This document shows, one piece after another, positions 27,411 through 36,157 of a DNA stretch of 64,000 nt; positions within the stretch are counted from its first letter, which is position 1; the number at the start of each line of letters is the position of its first letter. The notes beneath the pieces are model-generated. The model was not told the origin of the DNA, ran no database searches, and worked only from the letters and a program-made list of their open reading frames with translations. The stretch is taken from IMG/VR virus record IMGVR_UViG_3300021963_000030; one strand, 5' to 3'. The stretch comes from a virus. A program made the translations under genes and the position numbers.

Positions 27411-28730
27411 TTAGATCTTTAATGTAGGCAATCCGCCGGATGCATCTGGAGAAATTGCGTTGAACTTTGGAAGAACAAACTTATTTTCAACTGCGAATTT
27501 GGGAACATATTGATCCAAGATAGCCCACAGTTTCTTGTCCATTGCATCCATACTAAACTTCTCGGCATTTTCTTGACGAAGTAGTTCTGCATTTTCAAAT
27601 ATCTTCTTTGGCTTATTGTGGAACATTTCCTTGATTTTGTTCTCAGCCAATCCATAAGACACCTTGAACCACTTACTTTCTTTGATAATCCATTGATTGA
27701 CTGACTTTTTATCAACGTCAACCAACTGACCTTGAAGAAGAGTAGCATACTTTGGATTCATAAAGTCGAGATGGCCACTCCAGTCTGGTGCGAGAACTGG
27801 TTTACCACTCAATGTTTGTAACAATAGTGGGTGACCATAACCTTCACCGTGAGTAAATGAAATGTGAACCTTTACCTTTGGATGGTTGAACAAAGCATTC
27901 ATTTCAACGTCGGTCAATTCACCGTGTAACAAATAGATGTTTGGAATTTGTCCCTTGAATGTCGAGGTAATTTTATTGATATTGTTTATAATCTCAAACC
28001 TATCCATGGTCGAGAAACCAACACCCGAAGTCTTAAGAATGAGACATGGCTTGTTTGGAGTATTGTTATTGAAAGCTTCACAAAAGGTTTTTACAAGGTT
28101 TGCAATGTCCTTTCGATCTGCAAACAATCCACTGTGGGTCCACTGACCAACAAACAAATAGGCAAACTCTTCTGGAATAACAGATAATGCTTCATCAACT
28201 GATGCAACACGTTCGTCTGTCTTTTTGTAGATTCTTGTATCAGCACCCCAGAAACATACTTCGATTGGTTTCTTTACTGCAATATCTTCACGTTTGCCAT
28301 CAGGCGTTTGTTTCAACATCTTGGTATTTACCAACACATCCTTAGAATGTTTGGACAACGCAATCGTCAAATCGGTTCGGTTTACACCCTCAATAAATTC
28401 ACCAGACGCAACCGTAGTTTCGATACCAGCCGTCATACCAATATTATACTTACCAACACGTTGAAACTCGTTGGGAATACTCAATTGGATAAACAAATCT
28501 GGTTGCTTTTGAAGAGGTTGCAACAGAAACCTGGTTGTAAGGTTTTGATCTTCTGGATCGGTCAATTCTTCAATATATCGTTTTGGTTGACAATTACCCC
28601 ATCTAGTAGGTGCAATCTTTACATCGTATTTGTCATAACGAACAATACTCTTAGCAACAGCTGTTGCCCAGTCACCATACCCGCTTCGATTAAAGACGGG
28701 TCCAGAAATTAAACATAGTGGTTTACTCAT
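27411..28730 (-). CDS. glycosyltransferase family 4-like (GT-B)
   Basis: RSGYGD, AGIET, YLFVGQW, RKDI, HGEGYGHPLL. Start is MSKPLC. Confidence 0.8.
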   Translation of the reverse strand: MSKPLCLISGPVFNRSGYGDWATAVAKSIVRYDKYDVKIAPTRWGNCQPKRYIEELTDPEDQNLTTRFLLQPLQKQPDLFIQLSIPNEFQRVGKYNIGMTAGIETTVASGEFIEGVNRTDLTIALSKHSKDVLVNTKMLKQTPDGKREDIAVKKPIEVCFWGADTRIYKKTDERVASVDEALSVIPEEFAYLFVGQWTHSGLFADRKDIANLVKTFCEAFNNNTPNKPCLILKTSGVGFSTMDRFEIINNINKITSTFKGQIPNIYLLHGELTDVEMNALFNHPKVKVHISFTHGEGYGHPLLLQTLSGKPVLAPDWSGHLDFMNPKYATLLQGQLVDVDKKSVNQWIIKESKWFKVSYGLAENKIKEMFHNKPKKIFENAELLRQENAEKFSMDAMDKKLWAILDQYVPKFAVENKFVLPKFNAISPDASGGLPTLKI

Positions 28731-28731
28731 A

Positions 28732-29307
28732 TTATCTATTAAATTGTTGTTGTTCACGTTCACCAATCACTTGACTATACTTCTTTGCAGGAGTTGGAAC
28801 CCCGCCTAGTTTATTGTATAATTCTTCCATCTTGGACATTTGTTTGGATGCTTGGTCTACAGTTTCACGTTTGTTGTCACTACTACCAAATCCACCATCA
28901 CCACGTTGCGTCGCGGTCAAATCATCAACTTCAGCGAATCCACCTTGAACTGTTCCATGTGCTTCAAAAATGATTTGAGCAATAGCTGTTTCTTTGCCAT
29001 CCTTGATGATTGGTAGTTGAACCGGTTTGTCTCCAAGATTGATTAGAGCTACCAAGATTTCGCCACGATAATCACTATCAATAACACCGGCAAGAACGTC
29101 GAGGCCATGTTTTACAGCAAGTCCACTACGAGGTGCAACTCGACCATAAAATCCCTCTGGAATAGCCAAAGCAATATCTGTTTTGAATGCCTTACGTTCA
29201 CCAGGCTTTAATTCATACGATTCTGTAGTGTATAGATCATAACCAGCTGCACCAACACTACCCTTACTAGGAATTACAGCTTTATCAGATAGTTTCTTAA
29301 TATTCAT
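28732..29307 (-). CDS. dut: trimeric dUTPase with C-terminal extension
   Basis: AAGYDL, GRVAPRSGLA, GVIDSDYRGEI, IAQII, RGDGGFGSS. Confidence 0.96.
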   Translation of the reverse strand: MNIKKLSDKAVIPSKGSVGAAGYDLYTTESYELKPGERKAFKTDIALAIPEGFYGRVAPRSGLAVKHGLDVLAGVIDSDYRGEILVALINLGDKPVQLPIIKDGKETAIAQIIFEAHGTVQGGFAEVDDLTATQRGDGGFGSSDNKRETVDQASKQMSKMEELYNKLGGVPTPAKKYSQVIGEREQQQFNR

Positions 29308-30272
29308 TGAATTTCCTTTTTGATAGATTCAACATCAATCTTGTGCATGTCAAATCCAAGTTTACCTTGAGGCAAATTGTCCATATTGAACTCTTCACTA
29401 TAACTGAATATACCAAACTTCTTGGGTGGTGTAAAGTTATCAATAGTAAAATCCATTGCTTTAATAAACTCACGACACATATGTTCAGAATTGATACCAC
29501 CTTCGTTTAGTGCCCAACGTCTACCTTCAGCACCATATGATTCACGCTTTTCTGGACCAACCAAATACCAATACATGATAGCCTCTGAGATATCTTTATA
29601 ATCGGTAAAATCATCCATGATATAAGGTGTTGGAGGACTACCTTGTAGTGTTTGAATCTTGGTCCATATTGGCTTAGCCCAAACTCCATGTTTCTTGTAT
29701 TTACCAGTAACATTGGTGCCAAATTCCAAATTAAACTCATATGGATTACCATCGTTGTCTACCAATCCAAGTTGATCTTGTAGACCACCAGTGACCGTGG
29801 CGATTACTGGGGTTCCACACATAATAGCTTCAGCAATACTCAAACCAAATCCTTCATTGGAACTTACGTTTGCTACTACGTCACAAATATTGTAAAATGC
29901 AACCATGTCTTCTGGAGTTCTTCGACTTTCGTCAATGACCACAGTGTAGTTAGGACAAATAGCTTCAATAACTGCTAACAAGTTGGTTCCTTGATCACAC
30001 ACCTTGTCGGTATGCATTAACAAAGCACACTCACTCGCTTGTTCTGGAGTCAAATGATCACAAAAGTTTTTGAATGCCAATATTAAATTAGCGGGATGCT
30101 TTCTATGAGTATTTCTACTGTTGAATCCTACAACAAACTTATAGTTGCGATCACCAAAGAACTCTTTCTTTAGTTTGGTCACCAAGTTGTTATTCTTTGG
30201 AAGTGTAGTAAATACCTTCGAATTGATTCCGTGGGGAACGTAGTGTAGTAGATGTTTTCCTTTTACTGGCAT
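29304..30272 (-). CDS. GT4 glycosyltransferase, C-terminal part of a split gene
   Basis: YVPHGIN, SRNTHRK, ANVSSNEGFGLSIAEAIMCGTPVIATVTGGLQDQ. Confidence 0.8.
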   Translation of the reverse strand: MPVKGKHLLHYVPHGINSKVFTTLPKNNNLVTKLKKEFFGDRNYKFVVGFNSRNTHRKHPANLILAFKNFCDHLTPEQASECALLMHTDKVCDQGTNLLAVIEAICPNYTVVIDESRRTPEDMVAFYNICDVVANVSSNEGFGLSIAEAIMCGTPVIATVTGGLQDQLGLVDNDGNPYEFNLEFGTNVTGKYKKHGVWAKPIWTKIQTLQGSPPTPYIMDDFTDYKDISEAIMYWYLVGPEKRESYGAEGRRWALNEGGINSEHMCREFIKAMDFTIDNFTPPKKFGIFSYSEEFNMDNLPQGKLGFDMHKIDVESIKKEIQ

Positions 30273-30808
30273 ATAATTTTTCCTTCCTTGTCAAAGTCTC
30301 CTTGAATACTGGTGCAAAACTCTGGTCCCAATACCCACTTATTAAGATTATCTGTTTGTTTACTAATTGCGAACAACGCATCACAACTCTTGTAGAATGG
30401 ACGATTCCACATTGGATATGGCAAATCATCCCAAATATCCAAATATGTAAGTGGAATCTTGCTTCGGATTTGATTCTCAATTAAATACAACCATGCCCAA
30501 TAACGAGGATCTGTAAAGTGTAGAATTGCATCAGGCTTCTCAGCTCCAATTACTCCAAACAATGTTTCTTCGTTACCATAACCATCAACTGGATACAACT
30601 TCAAATAAGCATCCTTTAGACCTGTCATTTTATTCGAAGCATCACACATATCTACAACCTTGCCACCTTCTGGATGTTTGATAGCACCAGCAATCTGAAC
30701 CCAATCATAGTGGTGTAATGTTCCTAATACTAACTCTCTGCTCATAGTAGCAACGCCACTATGCATTCGCAAATCATCACTCAATAAGAGTATTTTTTTC
30801 TTCTTCAT
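30263..30808 (-). CDS. GT4 glycosyltransferase, N-terminal part of a split gene
   Basis: KILLLSDDLRMHSGVA, KPDAILHFTDPRYW, WDDLP, CDALFAISKQT. Confidence 0.8.
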   Translation of the reverse strand: MKKKKILLLSDDLRMHSGVATMSRELVLGTLHHYDWVQIAGAIKHPEGGKVVDMCDASNKMTGLKDAYLKLYPVDGYGNEETLFGVIGAEKPDAILHFTDPRYWAWLYLIENQIRSKIPLTYLDIWDDLPYPMWNRPFYKSCDALFAISKQTDNLNKWVLGPEFCTSIQGDFDKEGKIICQ

Positions 30809-31029
30809 GGTTTTTTATCCTTGGATTTTGAAAGTTGAAACGGCTGATTATAGCTAAGCTGTTGAACGACACTCTCGCTAATTTCATTACGAAAAGTGTC
30901 ATCCTCAATATACTTTTCAAGACACTTATTTACAAAGTCTTGAAACGATATACGTGCTCGCACATTTATTTCCTTGAACTGAGTATATAACTCGTTGTCA
31001 AGTTTTACTGTAGTAACAAATTGTTCCAT
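30805..31029 (-). CDS. ribbon-helix-helix (Arc/MetJ/CopG-like) regulator
   Basis: TTVKLD strand, NELYTQFKEIN helix, SFQDFVNKCLEKY helix. Confidence 0.65.
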   Translation of the reverse strand: MEQFVTTVKLDNELYTQFKEINVRARISFQDFVNKCLEKYIEDDTFRNEISESVVQQLSYNQPFQLSKSKDKKP

Positions 31030-31030
31030 A

Positions 31031-31062
31031 ACATATTAACATATATACATATGTGAATATGC
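31031..31062. promoter_or_regulatory. four tandem 8-bp boxes (consensus ACATATGT); candidate RHH operator
   Basis: ACATATTA ACATATAT ACATATGT GAATATGC. 31032-31061 is a palindrome at 26 of 30 positions. Confidence 0.6.
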
Positions 31063-31077
31063 CAGGTTTGTTAATTT

Positions 31078-31962
31078 TTATTTGGTAGCTTTGCCGTCAC
31101 ATGCTTTCTTGTAGTGGATACAATACTTGCAGTTCTTTTTCGCATTGCCTGGAATCTTAGGATACTGATTATCCACATTATAAGATCCATCAGGTTTGAA
31201 CCCATGATCCAAGAATTCAATGAAGTTATTGATAGATTCTTTGATATGATTTGAGCTATGCGGTGGGATAAACACCTGAATTCTGCTTTGAGGGAAACTT
31301 ACATTCTCAAGCAACTTACGTTTAACAATGAAGAATTCAACGTCAATTGACTCCAACGGAACATTGAATTTCTTACTGTATACGCTTTTATACAAATGAA
31401 GCTGGGCATACTTACTCTCATCTTCTTTCTGGTATTTATTCCAACCTTGGGTGCTTGTCTTGAAGTCAATGATACGGTATTTCTCTTTGTTTACTTCTTT
31501 GAGAACAATATCAATAAACCCGACAAACTCCACGTTGTTTTTCAGAGGAATTTCCAACGGAACTTCAATACCAATCAGTTCATAATCCTTTGCAGGAAAA
31601 TACTTGAGTCGATTAGCAGTCTTACAGAATGTATTGATAATGTCTTGACCATCAAAACAAAAATCGGTGAACTCTTCTTCGTTATAATCTTCAGGCTTCA
31701 ACTTTTTGATTTCCTCGTTGAATTTATCCAAAAAGATTTTATTGAGATTGAGTGAATCAGCCTCAGTTACGCTTTTCTTATAGAGAATATCCAGATAGGT
31801 TTGAAACACATGATGAATTGCGGTTCCAAATGTGGTATTAATGTTATCATCTCTAACCCTAAGATTCTTGACATAATCCAAATACCATTTATGAGGACAT
31901 TTCAAAAACGTTGAGTATTGACTAAAACTTACTCTATTCTTTTTTATTTCTTGATCAGACAT
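31078..31962 (-). CDS. PD-(D/E)XK nuclease, Cas4/AddB-like with four Cys
   Basis: SFSQY..F.KCPHKW, FGTAIH, GFIDIV, IIDFKT, QLHLY, CKYCIHYKKAC. Confidence 0.85.
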   Translation of the reverse strand: MSDQEIKKNRVSFSQYSTFLKCPHKWYLDYVKNLRVRDDNINTTFGTAIHHVFQTYLDILYKKSVTEADSLNLNKIFLDKFNEEIKKLKPEDYNEEEFTDFCFDGQDIINTFCKTANRLKYFPAKDYELIGIEVPLEIPLKNNVEFVGFIDIVLKEVNKEKYRIIDFKTSTQGWNKYQKEDESKYAQLHLYKSVYSKKFNVPLESIDVEFFIVKRKLLENVSFPQSRIQVFIPPHSSNHIKESINNFIEFLDHGFKPDGSYNVDNQYPKIPGNAKKNCKYCIHYKKACDGKATK

Positions 31963-31968
31963 GTTATC

Positions 31969-31996
31969 ATGATACACTATAACCTACAACTGTCAA
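31969..31996 (-). promoter_or_regulatory. sigma70-type promoter (likely leaderless)
   Basis: Minus strand TTGACA(31996-31991)-N16-TATCAT(31974-31969). ATG at 31962. Confidence 0.7.
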
Positions 31997-32020
31997 TTTA
32001 TAACAACTATTTATTAGCAT

Positions 32021-32758
32021 ATGAAAAAACTACTAGCATTATTACTAACAAGTGTGTCATTGTTCGCAAATGATCTTTATCTATATGATTCAGCTGATAA
32101 GGTTGAATTGGGTGAGGTTATCGCAAATAAACTCAACGTATTGCCTACAGTAAATGGCAAGACGTATACTTTAACTAACAATTTATCTGTAACAATTAGC
32201 ACAAATGGATCTGCGACATACGCCCTGCCATATAGGGTTGCTGTGTATCAAAAGGAAAACTCATCGGCTTATTTCAATGAAACTCAGACTGAGTATGTAA
32301 ACAATTTTTCGCTACCTGAAGTGGTGAAAATCAAGGATCATTCTCTTAACTTTTCGACTCAAGGAGAGCTATATGTAATTAGCGAGTCTGAAAAACAAGT
32401 CACCGTTGGAACATCAATGGCAATCATTATTTTTGACAAAGCAAAGATTTTTGTTAAGTCCGGTGAAAAGTTTACGCAAGTATATGTTGTGGAAGGCAAA
32501 GCCACTGTATTGGATGCTAAGAGCAGCAAGAAAAAGAAAGAGTTGAAAGAAGGAGATTTTTTGGTAATTACCCCTCAAGCATCGTTGAGTCCAAGAGAAG
32601 CAACCATCAAGACATCGGGTAATAGCTTTAGCATAAAGGAAGTAGAAGATGTAGAAAAAGAAGTTCATACTGGCGAACTAAAGAATTTACAATCTAAACT
32701 TGACAATGTTTTGTTTGTGAATTATGGTAATAACATATTTGGTTTTAAATTAAAGTAA
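32021..32758 (+). CDS. secreted protein with FecR-like beta domain
   Basis: Signal peptide MKKLLALLLTSVSLFA. TQVYVVEGKATV...LKEGD motif. Confidence 0.5.
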   Translation: MKKLLALLLTSVSLFANDLYLYDSADKVELGEVIANKLNVLPTVNGKTYTLTNNLSVTISTNGSATYALPYRVAVYQKENSSAYFNETQTEYVNNFSLPEVVKIKDHSLNFSTQGELYVISESEKQVTVGTSMAIIIFDKAKIFVKSGEKFTQVYVVEGKATVLDAKSSKKKKELKEGDFLVITPQASLSPREATIKTSGNSFSIKEVEDVEKEVHTGELKNLQSKLDNVLFVNYGNNIFGFKLK

Positions 32759-32988
32759 TGACGTTACAGCAGCTTCATAGTCTTACAGAAGACGAATTAT
32801 CAATATTGTGGTATTGCGTGAACAAGGTCAACCCACCTGTATTAGCAGGAGTTGACCTTGAACCGTCTTTATTCACAAGCATTAATCATAGAAAATTGAT
32901 GAACCGTCTGACGAACTGCAGGATTTTGATCAAACCAGAACATCTTCCAGTTTTTGATGGACTTATGGACAAGTTGCGACTACCATAA
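32758..32988 (+). CDS. hypothetical protein
   Basis: 76 aa with TAATG coupling. Confidence 0.6.
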   Translation: MTLQQLHSLTEDELSILWYCVNKVNPPVLAGVDLEPSLFTSINHRKLMNRLTNCRILIKPEHLPVFDGLMDKLRLP

Positions 32989-32999
32989 GATCATAGGTT

Positions 33000-35657
33000 A
33001 TGTATCAAAACATCTATTTCGACAAAAAGACAAATACGTGTCATCTGTGGGATGATAAAAAGGGTTATACGAGTTTCGTGTTTCGACCCTATGCTTATCG
33101 CAAGCGTCCGAACGGAAAGTATAAGAGTATCTTTGGAGACGATCTTGAGAAGGTCCACAGTTTCAATCCTAGAGATCCATCGTTGTTTGAGTCTGATGTT
33201 CCGATTGAAACCCGTATCTTGATCGATGCCTACGAGGATAGTGACGATTTGTCGGAGGGTCATCGTGTGTTGTATCTTGACATTGAGGTCAGCACTGAAG
33301 GTGGGTTTCCAAACGTAGAACAAGCGGACAAGGAAATCACAGCTATCGCAATTTGTGATGGTGTAACCGAAAAATATACCGCTTTCATTCTTGATAGAGA
33401 TGGTAAACTAGAACAATTCTCAAAAGATAATGTTGAGGTATTGAGTTTTACTACAGAAGAAAGTTTGTTGTCTCACTTTGTGACCAAGTGGGAAGAAATT
33501 CAACCAACTATTGTGACTGGTTGGAACAGTAATGACTTCGATATGCCTTATTTGTATCGGCGTATGAAGAGTGTGATTGGTGCGTCTCAAGCAAAACGTA
33601 TGAGTCCTATTGGTGTGACTTATATCAACGATTGGAGTAAGAAACTTGTGATCGCTGGTGTAACTCATTTGGACTATATGCGTCTTTATGAAAAGTTGAA
33701 CATCAAGAAAGAGCCAAGTTACGCACTAAATGCGATTGGTAAGAAGATTGTAGGTATGGAGAAGATTACCTACAAGGGAAGTCTTGATGATCTTTACAAG
33801 TCTGATATCAACAAGTATATCGAATATAACTTGAACGACGTTCAGATCATTGTTGCTTTGGAAAAGAAACTTCAATTTATTGAGTTGGCTAGAGCTATTT
33901 GTCACAAGGGTCACGTTCCATATGACTGTTACCAAATGAGTTCACGATTCATTGAGGGTGCAATTCTTATGTATCTTCGCCGTAAGGGTCAAGTCGCTAA
34001 AAACAAGCCTTTGGAAGGTCGTGAGGAATATGAACAACGAATGGATGAAAACGAAGAAGGATTTGAGGGTGCATATGTCAAGGCTCCTGTGCCTGGTCGT
34101 TACGAGTGGGTTTTTGATTTGGACCTCACATCAATGTATCCGAATATCATCATCAGTCTTAACATCAGCCCTGAGACCAAGATAGGTGTTATTGATCGTA
34201 TTGAATATGATGACAAGTTTGTTGATGATCGTAGAAAGGATCTGACCGACGATTGGCAGAATCTTAGTGATAATACTCAGAAAGATACTCCTCTGGAACA
34301 GTATATTGAACAGAGATTGTATGGATACAGTGCCAAGATGTATACACAAAACCGTGTGTCTAAGTATCACATCGGTGGTAATGTATATTCTCAAGATGAT
34401 TTCAAGAAACTTGTCAATGAATCCAAGTTGAGTATTGCCAGTAATGGTGTATTGTATTACAAAGAAACCACTGGTGTTATTCCAGAAATTCTTGTGAAGT
34501 GGTTCGATGAACGTAAGGAAATGCGTAAGTTGGCAAAGAAGTATCATGAACAAGGTGATGAAGGTATGTATGAATTCTATGAACAACGTCAGAAGGTTCA
34601 AAAGGTTCTACTCAACTCCATTTACGGTGTTTTGGGTCTGCCTATCTTCCGTTTCTATGATAAGGATAATGCGAGTGCCGTAACAATCACTGGTCAAGAT
34701 ATTATCAAAACCACGGGTAAGGCAATCAACGAATATTTCAAGAAGACTCTGAATGAAACAGAAGGTGATTGGGTGATTTATACCGACACAGATTCGTGTT
34801 TCGCCAGTGCGTTGCCTATTATCCAAAAGAACATGCCTGAAATCGACCAGTCTGATGAAAAACAGATGACTGAGGCAATCTTGAAGGTAACGGGTGAGGT
34901 TCAGACATTCGTAAACAAGTTTTATGACATGATGGCGGTTCGTTTCTTCAATATTGATAAACATCGGTTTGATGCAAAACAAGAAGTTATTGCCAAGACT
35001 GGTTTTTGGTTGGCCAAGAAACGTTATGCCCAGTTTATCATCAACAAGGGTGGTATCGTGTGCGACGAAATGGAAGTAAAGGGTATTGACGTTGTTAGAA
35101 CATCATTCCCAATTCAATTCAGAAAGTTCATGCAACAGTTCTTGGATGATATTCTTCGTAAGACTGATAAAGAAATTATCGATCAAAATATCTTGAATTT
35201 CTTGGAGTCCAACTTGGTAAACTCACCAGTCATTGAAATTGCAAAGAATACTAGTGTTAAGTTCAAGAGTGGTGGTGAAACCAAGACTGATTACAATCCA
35301 AAGAGTCGTAGTAAGTTCAAGTATATCAAGGGAACTACAGCTCAGGCTAAGGCAGCTTTGTTTTACAACGATCTATTGCAACATTGGGAATTGGACAAGA
35401 TTATTCCTCCGATCTTTCATGGACAAAAGATCAAGTGGGTATATCTAAAGCCTAATGAGTTTGGATCTGACTGTATTGCCTTGAAGGCGGACGGAACCGA
35501 TCCAGACAGAATTCTAGAGTTTATCAATCAATATGTTGATCGAAGTGCGATGTATGAACAAGAGTTGAAAGGTAAACTGCTTGATTTCTATCAAATTCTA
35601 AACTGGGATTATCCTAATCAAACTGATAAGACGCTTGGTGAGTTCTTTAGTTTTTGA
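33000..35657 (+). CDS. polB: family B DNA polymerase (T4 gp43-like) with proofreading exonuclease
   Basis: YLDIEV, GWNSNDFDMPYL, YNLND, DLDLTSMYP, KVLLNSIYG, YTDTDS, KKRYA. Confidence 0.97.
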   Translation: MYQNIYFDKKTNTCHLWDDKKGYTSFVFRPYAYRKRPNGKYKSIFGDDLEKVHSFNPRDPSLFESDVPIETRILIDAYEDSDDLSEGHRVLYLDIEVSTEGGFPNVEQADKEITAIAICDGVTEKYTAFILDRDGKLEQFSKDNVEVLSFTTEESLLSHFVTKWEEIQPTIVTGWNSNDFDMPYLYRRMKSVIGASQAKRMSPIGVTYINDWSKKLVIAGVTHLDYMRLYEKLNIKKEPSYALNAIGKKIVGMEKITYKGSLDDLYKSDINKYIEYNLNDVQIIVALEKKLQFIELARAICHKGHVPYDCYQMSSRFIEGAILMYLRRKGQVAKNKPLEGREEYEQRMDENEEGFEGAYVKAPVPGRYEWVFDLDLTSMYPNIIISLNISPETKIGVIDRIEYDDKFVDDRRKDLTDDWQNLSDNTQKDTPLEQYIEQRLYGYSAKMYTQNRVSKYHIGGNVYSQDDFKKLVNESKLSIASNGVLYYKETTGVIPEILVKWFDERKEMRKLAKKYHEQGDEGMYEFYEQRQKVQKVLLNSIYGVLGLPIFRFYDKDNASAVTITGQDIIKTTGKAINEYFKKTLNETEGDWVIYTDTDSCFASALPIIQKNMPEIDQSDEKQMTEAILKVTGEVQTFVNKFYDMMAVRFFNIDKHRFDAKQEVIAKTGFWLAKKRYAQFIINKGGIVCDEMEVKGIDVVRTSFPIQFRKFMQQFLDDILRKTDKEIIDQNILNFLESNLVNSPVIEIAKNTSVKFKSGGETKTDYNPKSRSKFKYIKGTTAQAKAALFYNDLLQHWELDKIIPPIFHGQKIKWVYLKPNEFGSDCIALKADGTDPDRILEFINQYVDRSAMYEQELKGKLLDFYQILNWDYPNQTDKTLGEFFSF

Positions 35658-35670
35658 TACTTCTTATAAG

Positions 35671-35699
35671 TTGAAAGTGGATAGACTGTTTGTTATTAT
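35671..35699 (+). promoter_or_regulatory. sigma70-type promoter (likely leaderless)
   Basis: TTGAAA-N17-(TGT)TATTAT. ATG at 35706. Confidence 0.6.
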
Positions 35700-35705
35700 T
35701 GAGCA

Positions 35706-36125
35706 ATGAGTTCCTACGAAAAATTGTTAAATATTCCAATTGATGGTGCTAAGATGTATTTATACTCGGCACTATCATCTATTCCAGTCGCAACACAGTA
35801 TCAACGTGTAGTAATTGGTCAACGGGGACCATATATTGAATTTACCAAGAATCAGATTGTTGACACCGAACTTTATATACCAAAGTCACAGCTATATCGG
35901 TTGAGTGATCCGAAGGTGTATTACATTGAGTTTAGAACATTACAAAATAATGTAAAGGTATATTATCAAATGCGAAGTGTGGCATATGCCGACTACTTGA
36001 TCAATCACTTTTACATATCGCCGAGTGATCTATATTTTGTAGAAGATGGTAACGTAAAAACTTGTATCAAAGAACAAGATGCCAAAGTTAGTATTATACC
36101 AGAAGAATTTTTTGAAACGGTTTGA
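35706..36125 (+). CDS. conserved hypothetical protein
   Basis: RVVIGQRGPYIEF...VKVYYQMRSVAYADY...FYISP. Confidence 0.65.
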   Translation: MSSYEKLLNIPIDGAKMYLYSALSSIPVATQYQRVVIGQRGPYIEFTKNQIVDTELYIPKSQLYRLSDPKVYYIEFRTLQNNVKVYYQMRSVAYADYLINHFYISPSDLYFVEDGNVKTCIKEQDAKVSIIPEEFFETV

Positions 36126-36150
36126 CAGTAACATAACAACATAGTAACAT
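36122..36150 (+). promoter_or_regulatory. sigma70-type promoter (likely leaderless)
   Basis: TTGACA-N17-TAACAT. ATG at 36158. Confidence 0.7.
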
Positions 36151-36157
36151 AGAAAAC

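Noticed and set aside
30255-30290. Canonical programmed -1 frameshift joining the split GT4
   Set aside because: No X XXY YYZ heptamer or obvious downstream stimulator. The second ORF has its own SD-like sequence. Kept only as split gene versus indel.
33000-35657. Inteins or group I introns in polB, nrdA, nrdB, uvsX or the helicase
   Set aside because: Lengths are normal, motifs are contiguous, and no C/S...HN-C/S/T splice junctions or homing endonuclease motifs are seen.
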